From: Lepidodermella squamata
Lineage: Eukaryota; Animalia; Gastrotricha
NCBI GenBank assembly: GCA_047495785.1
Contig: JBLDXI010000017.1
Coordinates: 2,976,001-3,040,000 of the forward strand
DNA: 64,000 bases
Direction: 5' to 3'
A program made the position numbers and the translations under genes. Every line of letters starts with the position of its first letter. The first letter of the stretch is position 1. Shown here piece by piece: positions 49,420 through 61,850 of the stretch. The notes beneath the pieces were generated by a model. The model was not told the origin of the DNA. It searched no databases and worked only from the letters and a program-made list of their open reading frames with translations.

Positions 49420-49807
49420 GGGAATATCTTTCACCGGAACCAAATTTACAGTGAGCGGAACCAAATTTGCTGTATCGGAACCAAATATGCTGTAGCGGAA
49501 CCAAATTTGCTTTTTCCGGAACCAAACTCGAAATATGCCAAGAGTCATTTTTTGAATATTTCTATGAATTTTAGGCTAAGCATGAATTCTGAATTGAACA
49601 CTGCGTCTTATAGAGAATGTTGCGCTGAATTCACTGGTGAATTTTCTAGAATTATTGGGGCCCTTTTTGACATTCAATAAATATCCGAAAAACGATTTCA
49701 GGCCACTAGAAAATTCTAAAATTTGGTTCCGCTACAGCATATTTGGTTCCGATACAGCAAATTTGGTTCCGCTCACTGTAAATTTGGTTCCGGTAACAGG
49801 AAGACCC
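49420..49807. mobile_element. Non-autonomous DNA transposon with 9-bp TSD (Mutator/foldback-like) and modular inverted arms
   Basis: TSD GTAACTCGC at 49411-19 and 49808-16; GGG...CCC ends; 76-bp inverted arms 49433-49508 and 49719-49794 built from CGGAACCAAAT(T/A)T repeats. Confidence 0.9.
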
Positions 49808-52479
49808 GTAACTCGCTTGTTCAATAGTTAGATTATAGTTAGATCGGTTCTTTCCTGATGGCTCTGATATAGCTTACTCTCGCCGCTTTCGCTCTTCTCT
49901 GCTTTTGTTTCTCCTCTTTAACTAATCTTAAAAAAATTCATGAAAGTATTTACCTGCGACAAGCTGCGAGTTTTTTCTTAAAGCATTGTTGAATTTTCGT
50001 GGCAATTCGACACAATCGTAACCTCGACGAGAGGCACAGAAGGTAAACGTCAAAGCTATTTCAGTATCATTTATCATTTCTTTGAAATTATTTCTAGCTT
50101 AGCAATTATTTCACGGATATGCCAGCGGGCATCCGCGCAGTATTGTGGGCGCGTCGCTCTATCGAAATTGAATAACACTTCCAACTAGAATAGGGAAAAA
50201 AATGGAACAAGCCTGATAACTGGATTTTGTCAAAAGGCCGCGAGCAAACTTTACGCACCTCGATTTTGACGGCAGCTCTTCCTTATTTCCAAAAAACGGT
50301 GACGATTATTTTTCATGTACACCGCTCTCGCCAATTGAATCGAACGCCATTCATCTTTACTTTTTGACACTCGCCGCATTTTACATGCGCACGTTTGCTC
50401 TTGAAGTTGTGTTGTTTATGCGACCATCTTCGCGCCCCACATATCTTTTCAAATCAAAATGTGTTGGTCCAAAGAAAAACAAGTTTCCACTGTTCACGCC
50501 TTACTTAAGTATTCGACATATCCAATTACTTCATTTTCAATTGACCCCAAAGCTTTCCTATGAATAAGCTTGTCACTCCATTCACTCTTCATCCGTGGTA
50601 CAATAATGCAGCACAAGCTCTAGGCGGCATGAGTGTACGCTGATACAGCCATTGATCAATTGTAATTCTAGTCCTTGCAGGATGCCTTTCCACCACGATT
50701 ATGTAAACCTAGATACTGCCCATATAGTTTAAATCCTACACATTATATAAACGAAGGACACCGAATACAGAACCGATGATATCTAATTGCAAAGCACGTG
50801 CAGGCGCTCATTTGCCGCTATTTGGTTAAAAATTATTATCATCGCGCGTAGAAAAAATAATATGTTCCAGCAGCGCGGTTCTATTTACATAAGCAATTCT
50901 GGGTGTTTAATAACCCGAAATATCATTGCGAAATAATATATCCCTGCTTATATTTTTCAGCTCATGCAAAATATGCGACTAATGGCCCACTCGTGCGCAA
51001 ATGAATGATTTAAAATAGATCCGAAATTATCAATATTTCACGCCTTGATTTATTTATACATGCTGCTGGTACACATTTGTTCCGCTCGATTTGATGATTT
51101 CCGGCTATATTTTTATTTATCATTATTATCATTATGACAAAGATGTTGTATTACACGGCGAAATTGTCAGCTGTCTCCGTTTATTTCCATCGTAAATAAC
51201 AGTCATTTTATTATTCCCGGTCGTTAATAACCAGCGCATCGGTGCTGCTGAAATTAATTCCCCGTAAAACGTAGGAGTCATAAAAGAGGATAATTATAAT
51301 CCTGCAGCCGTTGTTTCCTCGAACCTATGGCGACTTCGTAACGCTTCATCACCTGGCGCACTTGACTTATAATCCAACGACCCCGATATTTCTCCTACTA
51401 GCATCATGCTTTTCTTTTCGAATATAAGAACGGGCGAAAAAATAGGTTCATTTGCAAAACTTTATCGACAGTCGGTAATTCCAGTTCGCACTAGTCGTAA
51501 AGGTATAGTTTTTGCTAATGAACCGCGACTTGAATTCGCCCAACACTGTTCCGTTTCGTTTGCTGCGAAAAAACTTGAACGAATGGATTTTTGGTTTTTT
51601 GCGGCGAGCGAGCATCAAATCCGAAATGAATGTTAACACAGCTGCTTATTTTCTGCCACTTACTGATTGGAACGATACTGCAGCTCAATAAATATTATAC
51701 TCGCCAAGAGTTGATATTATTATTTATATACTTCACGCATTGACGGTCGCCCCACCATGGTTGTCCGGAAAAGTGCGCCTTGACAAGCCAATTAACAAGC
51801 ATAGCTATTACAACTGGAGCCGTGTCATATATATATACCTGTTTTATTACTCGCCTATTCTGAATTGCATCCTCTCCAATATAATATAAATAGCGGCGAA
51901 AAAGCTGAACCGATCCTATGCGTGCGCTCGAGCCGCTTGCATATGAGCAGTTCGCGTGATCAAACTAGGCCGGTATCATATACATAATTTTCGAGGGGTG
52001 ACCCTTGCTCTTGTGACAAAGCATTGATACTAGCTCAATGATATTATAATCCGCTGTGCTGAAAACATTGTGATAGCTCTCGAGTATTCCGCTTTTTTAG
52101 TCAAGTTATTTGTTCCTGTTACACATCATCTTAATTGTAACAAAGGAAAGCTTTTATTACACAGTAGTGTATTATTTATAGGTTCTTCTCACATTCAGCG
52201 GGGGAAAAGTATTAAAAATGAGCTTAGCGGTAATATGATTCTTCTTATATTATGATATAGAATATTGTGCTAATAGGGCACAGCCATTGGGAATACCCCA
52301 GCAGTATATTAGGGTGCGAAAGTTTCACGCTCGATAAAGCGTCTTATAATCGAAATCGAATAAGCCCTACCACTTCCAAGATCAATTTTTTTTATAGGTT
52401 ATTATCATGTTTAAGCAAATGGCAGAAAACATTCGAATAATGTTGATCGTGGCTTAATAGGATCCACATCTAGATTAAA

Positions 52480-55229
52480 ATGGCCAGCGAAACGGTGAGA
52501 AGTTTGAACGATACCCTGTACGAGTTTTACACGCGCTGTACGTTGAAATTCGGCATCGATTGCGCGGATGGCTCGTTTGCTGACGCGTGCGCGTCGAGAG
52601 ATGAGCTATGGGCCGCGTGTTCATCGCCTCCGTTCTCCAACGAATCTTACCTCACCGAGCGCATGTACAGCCTCGACGCCCGGCTTGCCGCCGAAGCTGC
52701 GCTAACAACAACGCCCTTCAGTGGCAGCGGGGAGTTTGACGTGTCGACCACTGCCTCTTCCTTCGCGTCTGCCGGCGACCCGTGTCGAGCGGCGCCGAAC
52801 CAGTGCGTCAATAAGCATCTCTTCGATCTGGTCAACTACGACAATTTGCGGCTGTTTTACGTCTACGCACCCATCGCAGCAGTTATGTGCTTTATCGCTA
52901 TTATAACGAATATCATCGGACTGACGGGGCTGATTCGCACCCGGCCTAAATATCCTCGCCATTTTCTGCTTATTTCTATGTCGGTGTCCGACACCTTGCT
53001 CAGCATATTAACACTACTTAAAAAGTTTGGCGATGTTGTCTCGTCTTCGGCTGAAATTCAACAATTCTTCACCAAGTATTTGAATGTGTAAGTTAATCGC
53101 CAATTTTTTTCATCCTTCAAAATTGTCTCTAATTAAAATCGATTCTCTCAGAGAAATAATCGATCGCAAACACGGACATTGCATCCTAAAAATATGAAAA
53201 CCTAAAATAATTTTATCCGGAACCATGTGACTTGAATTGACGAATGATTTAATTTCAGGGTTTGGCAAACGACATTTCTCGCATCGGCGATAATGCTGCT
53301 GGCACTAGCTGTTGAAGCTTTCATTGCCCTAACGGCTACTTTTGTCTACGAAAGTTTCGCCCGCAGACGATATGTCGTTCACCTATTCATTTCGCTAGTC
53401 TGGACACTGTCATTTTTGTTTCCCCTCGTGTAAGTTTCTTGATGGAAATCAGTAATCGCTTCTATTTTTGGTAAAAATAGACTGCTGCTCACTAAACGAA
53501 GTTATGATATGACCTTCCAATACGCGGTATCTGCATTGCTTATGCTCATCATCGGAGTAACGATTTCGTGCTATCTATATGGTAATTTTTTAATTTATTT
53601 ATTGACAATCTTCTGATGCTTTTAATCGAAATTTAGCCTTTGTCCTTGCTGAACGAGCTCGGCGGGACATTCATCATCAAAGGCGAGCTAGCGCGATGAT
53701 CGACCGCAACAGCGATAGCAGCCGCAGTAAGAGCAGCCGGCGCAAGAGTCTATTAACAGTAAGCCGTTTAGAAACTCATGTCCAAGTCACGCCGAAGGAG
53801 GTACTCTACCGCCCTCTGTAAAACACACACTGGGTGCTGCTTCGGTTGGCAAAAAGCCGAACCTTATATTCATTCCCACTAACTCCTCCTCATTGATGAG
53901 AAAATATCTCAGACGTTCTCGTTATATTTTTTGATACGATAGCGTACTTCAAACTCACTCCTCGCGCGGACGCGAAAAGTTCGAATTTATATTGCATTTT
54001 GAGTCTAATTATCTCGCAAAATTCCTCAAATTATCCTTAAAAAATCATTTCCTGCTTGCTGAATATGCATCAGCCGACTGGGGGCGCATCCGTACTAACA
54101 TTTATATAAGGATTTTCGCCGTTTTTCTTTGAACAAACTTGAATCAATTTTTCGTCGTGAATTTTCAAGAAATTCTCAGCTAGCAAAGCTACAGTTCGGC
54201 TCCTTCGCAAACGTAGCCAGGTGGAATTCCGTTACGAGAAACCCCCTATATGTATACCGCATGCGTCTCACGCCTATAAGTAATTTGAGTGTCACCTATA
54301 GTCGTTGAAATCGCCATTGAAATCTTGAAATCGAATCCAAAAAAATCACATTATCCTGTGATATGGCAAATTTTGAATGAAAAATCAAAGACGAAAATCC
54401 GAAAATTTGGCGCAAATTAATGATGATCAACCAATTTTTCAGGTATGTCTTCTGATGACGTCTTCCATTGTAAGCTGGTTGCCGCTGAATATTTACATGC
54501 TGCTCGGAGCCCGAGTCGAAGATGACTTCCCATTTTACAATCGGCTTGTGCATGCGTTCCTAGTAAGATGAAAAATATCTTTGAATTGGATTTTTAATAA
54601 TGTTGACTCTTCAGATAATGTTCCACCTTAATGCTGTAATAAACCCGTTAACCTATGCGCTGCGAATGAATGCTGTTCGAGCGACGTTGCGAAGGTTCCT
54701 ACGGTTGAAGCCGTCGTCTTCATCAATGTTTAACACCATAACGACGTCGCAACCGTCCAGCAACGGCCATGGTCCAACCGGTGTGCTGCGCAATGCCGGC
54801 AATCGTGCCTCGAAACAGCATTCGACCAGCGTGACGTGTACGACACCGCTTACTGCCTCGGCGTCTGACCCGACTAATGGCGATTTATTAGCGATAAAAA
54901 TGAATGGCATTGAGCGAAAAGTGGTGAAGATTCGATCGCCTGACGAGATGGACAGTGGGCTTTCATTTAACCAGACCAACGCCAGTCATAACGCCACAGC
55001 GCTCGATAGCATCACCCAGCTATCGCCGACAACTTCACCTCGGCGATTCATGGACGAAAGTCCTACGACGCCTTGCCTATCCGTTGAAGAAACTCCGCTT
55101 GCAGAGAAATCTGAGGCGGGCAATGGAGAAGCGCAGACGGAGATCAAGTTGATATCTCTGGTCTCCGATGCGGAGAGCGCGAACGAAACAACGCCATTAA
55201 CGCCCAAGACCACAAACCACGCCTCGTGA
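52480..55229 (+). CDS. Atypical rhodopsin-class (class A) GPCR, multi-exon
   Basis: TM1 ITNIIGL, TM2 MSVSDTL, TM3 LALAVEAFIAL, TM4 W...FP, TM6 VSWLPL, TM7 NAVINPLTYALR; Cys-rich N-terminus; Ser/Thr-rich tail. Confidence 0.88.
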
Positions 55230-55752
55230 TCGGAACGGGATGAAAAATTTGTGTTTATATATTTTTGTTGATCAAAACGTTCATTCGTCGAATAATCAAG
55301 TTTTACTTATACAACGTATTCAAAAGTTGGACATAACCTTGTCAACCCATCCTGATTTTATTGGAATACTTCTGGGAACCACAGCATCATCTTCCAAATA
55401 CGTCTTCTCTTGCCACACAGCTTTTTTCGATATCGACGGGTTATAATTAAAATAATGGCCGAAACACATTTTCCTAGCAATAACGCGCTCGTTTCTGCTT
55501 TTGATGGTGATGATGATGATGATATTGCGGCTGAAACTACGAGAAACTTTCCGGCGAGTACAAACGCAGTCAGCAACGGTGACGGCCAATGTTATTGTTA
55601 TGTCGTTTTAATGATATAGATGAGAAGCCAAATTACGAAGCTGTCATCTGTTTTTTTTTATTCGTCAATTTTCCAAATAAAGATTTGAACCAATTTTTAT
55701 TTCTCCTATTGTGTGGAATGTAACCATAAAAACATGTGAGATTTTCTAAATT

Positions 55753-58700
55753 CTATTGCGATGTAGCCGATGACATGGTAATTGTCGCTGAGTTGAAATT
55801 GTTCAGCCGTTTCCCGGAGGCGTACGCTGCCAGTTGAGTGGCATCTAGCAACGAAATGCCGAGCTGGTCTTCCTTGGTGAAGGGTTGCGCCATGAGGCGG
55901 AAAAATTTACGCACCAAATGCACGGCCTCATCGGTGGACAGATCGGAAACTGCGTCGGTGAGGCTGCTCTGGATCCAGGTGGGCAGTCGCGAGCGTTTGT
56001 CAGCACGGGCGTAGCGCTTATCGGCCAACACCATGACACCGTAGTCGGACTTACCTCGCAAAGCTCGGCCAATGCATTGCGCGGCTTGGCGGACAGCGTC
56101 AAATGTTAGAAAATCAGCCTCTCGAATGCAACACTCCTGGCGTAGAAAATCAAGCCGAGCCCGTAGCAACCGCGATTGGGTGTAGACGTAGGGTACCCCC
56201 AACATGACGACGCATCGCCCGTAGTGGAAGTCGAAGTCGACACCCTCGGACACCTTACCGCGAGCGACAGATAGCAGTAAGGCGCCGCGGCCATTCTCGC
56301 AGGCCATTTGGAAGTTGCGAAGGGCGAGGCCGGTTTCAACGGCATCGGGCGTCTCGATGAAAACCAGTTTGTGTTTCAACAGCTGGTCATATACGCCCTG
56401 TTCGTACCATACGCCTATTACGGATTCGAGATAGTGGTACGATGTGAAGAAAGCGACCATGCCATCAGGCACAACAGCTGCTAATTCAACAAGTAGACAG
56501 CCGTAATTTCTCACAACAGCGAGATCTTCTCGGACCTGTGAAATTCAGGCAAAAGTTAAATTAACCAGAGGAGCATATTTTTATACAGCGTGTCCTAGAA
56601 TTAGCGCAATCATTTTTGAATTTGGCAACTTTTTGTGGGAAATTCAACTAATTTTTTATTAAACCTACCGAGAGAATATTCCATCTCGCGCGATTTATCC
56701 GAAGAAATAACAAATATTTACCGAAGAAAACCCGGAAAACCCCGATGGTAATTTGTTCGGTAATTTACGGTATTTTACCCGGTTGTACGAAATTTCTCGG
56801 GACTTCAGTAATCCCGTTAACAAGTGACATCCTTGATTACTATTCTCGCGATTTTTTTCAATTTTTCTAAACATTTCTGGTCATGAGATGTGACTTCGTC
56901 TCTCATTTTAGAGTTTCGGAACCCTTTCCGTGTATTTTCTTTGCTGGCGTTACTTATGGGACACGCTATACATACAATGATGTGGTATATTTTTGCATAC
57001 ATTTTCACATTGAATTTCGCTTTTTTTCACGAATTTGTGGAGTTTTAGGGTTAGGGTTGGGATTAGGGTAGTTTTGTATAATCTTATGTACAAATAGGTC
57101 AAATATACCACATAATTAGGTGGCATCCATAAATTAGATAAATAAATTATGAGGCTACTTACATCGAATTTCGAGGTGATTGCGACTTGATCTGACCCGC
57201 GGCTGACGACTAGAGGCAGCAAGCACTGCCGAGCTAGAGACATCGAAAGACTAGTTAGGACAACGGGGCGAAATCCGAGCATCTTCGGGTACATGTCAAT
57301 CGGGGAAAGGGTGCCACTAGTGACTATCACAGTCTGAAAGCGCTCAAAAACCGGTTTGACAGCGATTGAAGCATCGAGGCACGCCAGATGGATGACCGGG
57401 TTCGGCAGGGTCGGCGTGTAATCGTCAAAAGGCTCGACAATAATGATGAAACCTTTCGTATACGTGCTGACTAGAGTTGCGAAAGCGGCTACTTTCATGA
57501 GACCATACAGCTGATGTACTTCAGTGTTCATTTCCAGAGTTTCAACTAGCGAAGCCAATCGATCATGCGCGAAACGCAGAGGCTTGCGTTCGATGCACAC
57601 TTTCGATTGAACGTCTTTCAAAAACATAGCCGGAGATTCGAGGGTTACATGCTGGATGCGGAGCCGGGTTTTCAAATATTCGGCGAATCGCTTCATGAAA
57701 TGGATGAAATGCTCAGCTTTACGAATCGACCCTGGAATAGCTTCCTCGGCGATATCTTCCGGCAAAACCGGGTTCGATACTACTGGCTCTTCGCCGGTAA
57801 TCGATAGCTGGCTGTTTGAAGGTCGGCCTTTTCGCAGACCTTCAACTAGCCGGCGATATTCGTTCTGAAGTCGGTCTTTATCATATTCTTTCATTTCCGA
57901 GATCTGCTGGCGCATTTTGTCCAAGTTCTCGCAGCACGATTCGACAGCGCTTTTCTTGATTGAAATGCTCATCGAGTCGATGCAAACGTTGTCGATGTTG
58001 TGCGCCTCGTCGAACACAACAACGCTCTTTCGGGGCAGATCGCGCGATACGATTTCGGCGATCTTCGGATCGATCAAATAATGGTAGGAATACACAACAA
58101 CATCGGCGGCATACAGCAGCTGCCGGGCCATGTAATACGGGCAGACGCCAGTTTTCTTGCCCATTTCTCGGATATCATCAAGACTGTAGATCGTGCTCGG
58201 GACAGGCGGCGCTTTTCGACCTAACTGAACAAATCTGAAAATTTTGAAAAAAATCTAAATCGACTTTTGAAATAGATGTAAGCGACGGACTTTTCATAAA
58301 ATCCGCAAATCGGAACTGATTTATCGGTCTCGTGGCGAGCCATAACCGCCCCAGCAGTGAGGGAGTGACACCGGCTGTCAACCATTCGACCGTCTTTCAG
58401 TGGAGCCACCTTAAAATACGAAAAATTTCCGAAAAATTCGCGGCGCGAATCAGGGTTCAAACCTCAGGATTAATGCATAGATTTTTACGCGAGCTCAACA
58501 CTAGCCCCATCACTTTGGAGGCTTTCGGGTGCTTGTTCTTTTCGAGGTAAGCGACGAGATTTTTCAGCTCGGCGATAACTTTCTCAATTTCAGGAATAGT
58601 ACGCGAGCAATAAACGAGCTTGGCAACATCGTTTGGGTACTGCAACCGGTAGGACACGATCAGGGACAGCAAGGTAGCGGTTTTGCCGGTACCTGATGGG

Positions 58701-58825
58701 CATTCGACCACTGCATGGCCTTTCGCATCAATTGACTTCTTCAGCTCCACCATGTAATTGTACTGCTCAGGGTAGATGTACTCATAAGGAAAATACACGG
58801 TCAAATCGTCGATTCTGAATATCAT
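55753..58825 (-). CDS. ERCC2: TFIIH helicase XPD (Rad3), 4 exons
   Basis: [24 protein letters not shown], Fe-S cysteines (NLCI, RCHS, ICGF, VCPYY), [41 protein letters not shown]. Confidence 0.98.
56586..56968. mobile_element. Tc1/mariner-type MITE in the last XPD intron
   Basis: TA-CAGCGTGTCC...GGACACGCTA-TA imperfect TIRs with TA flanks; accounts for much of the unusually long intron. Confidence 0.7.
57045..57068 (+). repeat. Short degenerate (TTAGGG)n tract
   Basis: TTAGGG TTAGGG TTGGGA TTAGGG. Confidence 0.6.
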
Positions 58826-59041
58826 TTCTTATTACTGTTATTTCATCAAATAGAAAATACTACGAAAAAAATAGAAAAATGCGAAGTTATACAATTATTT
58901 CAAAGCAGAGTTCACGTCAACTAGCGTCGAGTGCTTTAGAACCACCGAAGATAGAGAAGAGATAATAGCATTTTACACAAAAAATGATATGTCACGGACT
59001 GAGTTGCCAAGAATAATGAAGGAAAAATCACGGGCTTCTTC

Positions 59042-59955
59042 TCAGGTTGAGGTCGTTTTGTTGGCTGCGGTGTTTACAGCGATCAGAGCATCGGCGACGG
59101 ATCGCATGAAGTTGACAAGGCGTTCGCACGACTCGAGGTTGGTGTTTTCGTTGGCCAGTGAACGAGCCGCCCACTCCAGACGGCTGCATAGCGCTTCTTC
59201 AGCGACACGGAAACTCGAAACAGCGCCGAGCTGCATGGCCTGTTGGACGGGCGATGTCGAAGGCATTGCTGCTTGCTCATTTTCATCTGAAAATTTCCAA
59301 AGATAAATGAAAAGATAGGCCTAAGTTTCAGTGGGAAGGCCAAAACCGAAATACAGACTGAGCAGAATCGAGTGGGATTTACGTCACTTGGAAAGGTGGC
59401 AGATGGCATGGTACAGAACATATTTACTTTCCAATACTATTTCTCAGCGCTTAGTTACCCAAATATAAAATTACTGAATTTAACCGTCTTAACCACGCTG
59501 AATCGCACGAACAGAATACAAAAATGGATTCAAGTATTTGCCGATTTAAACATCTATTTACTGACTGAAATGTACGAAGCACTACTTACTTTCAGATTTG
59601 AAGTGCCACATGGCTTTCAAAAATCTGGGAGAAATTCGATTCAAAAAGCTGCGATTTACTTACCCGGCAATTTTCCAACAATTTCGCCATAGATCTCGCT
59701 ACATGCTACGCAATACTTTTGACCGCTGTCTTTGTTCAGCATCAGAACTGTCTAAACACAACAAGATTGCGCGTTATAAGCAGGCTGAGTTACACTAATA
59801 AGTCTTACATCACAATGGTCGCAGACTTCATTTAGCATTCGATAGCCTTTCAGAAGATACTCGCCCAGCAACCGGCTGACTTTATTTTGCAATTCGCGTC
59901 TCGCTTTCGGGACATCATCTTCCGACTTGACGCCATTTGTACCACCGTCCATCAT
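59042..59955 (-). CDS. ZNRD2: ZNRD2/SSSCA1-like zinc-ribbon protein, 3 exons
   Basis: NKVSRLLGEYLLKGYRMLNEVCDHC-TVLM...YCVACSE; C-terminal helical domain RLEWAARSL...SCERLVNFM. Confidence 0.88.
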
Positions 59956-60284
59956 TCGCAAGTATAAAAAACTAAATCAAGCGCGATTCAAAAATATCGA
60001 TGATTTCATTTTTTAGCAAGCAAATCAGCAACATTCGATAAATAGTTTAGTCCAAAATTGGTTCATCGTTTCGTATCAAGTTCGTGATCAAAAATAGATT
60101 GCCTCTGTAAATGAGTGTGAAACAATACCTTTTACCATCAAATAATGCAAAAATTTGGCCAGTCAGCATTCGATGCATAATAACAATACCGTGATCAGCA
60201 AAAAATATCAGATAAATTTTAAATTCGAAAAATAAATATTGGAAGATGTAATAAGGTGCGTGGGAAGTCTTTGGCACTAGCTTT

Positions 60285-61228
60285 TTAGGAAGCTTTCTCG
60301 AATGAAATGTGGATGGATCTTTCTGGTGAAAGACGGTCGGAAACAAATTGCAACGCTTGACTGAACGCCCCAAGCCAGTCGCAAGCCAGCTCGCCGCCCT
60401 CGGGGCCGTAAAGCCGCGACGGTGTCATTGAGATCCGCTGGCCATCAGTGCCTTTTTGACTAACATCGGCTGGATTAGAATAGCTGAACAGCACAGCAGT
60501 CATAATTTGGTACTGGTTAACTGGAATTTCAGGTAATTAGTCCGTGAAATTAGTAGATTTCTCGAATATTACCACCACGGATGCGAAAATTTGTTGTAAA
60601 ATTCGCGGAATAAATATCACTCAGCTTTATCTTGGTTTCCATTTTTCGCCCAAGACCAGTCACATCTTTTTGCTCAATAACCAAAAATCTGAATAAATCA
60701 ACGTCAATCAAATGTTTATAAGCTATTAGTAAGGTTAATAACCGATTGCAATCGGAAAAGAAGGCGAATAACTGGCGTGATCCAACTTGAGTTGGCGTGT
60801 TTGCCGTAGGTAGCAGTCCTTCGAAGTTAGCACCAGCCGAAAGAAGCCGCAACTTCTCGGCGAAAAACGATACTTCGGTTTTCGATACCTCAGCACATGT
60901 TTGGCATTGCCGGACAGGGTCGACGAAATTCATCCGCCGTAAACCAACAGATGACTTCGTACAATTCGCGCAGAATATTTGCCCGCAGCGTCGGCAATGG
61001 TGCTTTAAAATATTGAAAATATTCCTTTCAATTCTGAAACCTGTGAACACGACTCACTCTACGGCGATTGATGCTAAAATTTTTGTTACATCGTTGGCAT
61101 AAATTCGCTGCATTATCCGGGGCCCAAACAGGTTCGTCAAGATAGAGAAGGCTTACTCCGTCATTGTCAGTGGGCGGATCCGGTATGAATTTGTACCCAC
61201 TGTGGGTTTTGCCTAGTTGGTAAGACAT
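60285..61228 (-). CDS. ZFYVE21: FYVE-finger protein ZFYVE21-like, multi-exon
   Basis: EPVWAPD..C..C..F...RR-HHCRRCG..FC..C, RMNFVDPVRQC..C, LRLLSAGA. Confidence 0.88.
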
Positions 61229-61850
61229 CTGTCGCCTAGATAAATTGAAAAGTTGATCAGATTCGGAAAACTTGATTATTATTTTTGTAATAGCACGTCC
61301 AGCGATGTTCAATGTTAGAAGTAAAAAAACAAAGATATAGTGTATATATATATATGGTCCGATTTTGAATCACACATTACGTGCATGTTTGTGATAAAAA
61401 TCCTCAGATTTTTCAAAATCAACAACTTGACACAAAGAGCAGATGCACAAGAGAACGAAGCGTTGGCTCGATTAAATAGTTGACATTTTGAGGCACTTTC
61501 AGTATTTACATATATTTTTTAAGGCTATCTTTTGATATAATAGTACCGTTATTTTGTGATAGATTACGTTCATTTTGGTTTTCTAGGAAGGTCAGATCAG
61601 CAGTTGATGCACAACCTTCACCGCTAGATAGCTGAATAGTAATTTGACTCTAGCATTAAATCAGCTACATTAACGGTCACATTTTTCAGCAACAAAAACA
61701 CTGTTCAGAAGTGATATCACAACAACCGTCGCAAAAATAGTAAAGAGCTATGTGCATAAACGTTGGTCGAAAAGAGTTTTGGTCCCGTGTTGATATAAAT
61801 ATAAGAAAAGGCGGAGAAAGTATGTAAGGCAGGATAAATCAATTTCATTA

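Noticed and set aside
49433-49794. CRISPR-like short repeats
   Set aside because: Spacers are only ~7-9 bp and mirrored in inverted arms, there is a TSD, the context is eukaryotic and no cas genes are present.
55320-55589. Possible small two-exon secreted peptide gene
   Set aside because: No in-frame ATG; stops lie immediately upstream of the hydrophobic stretch.
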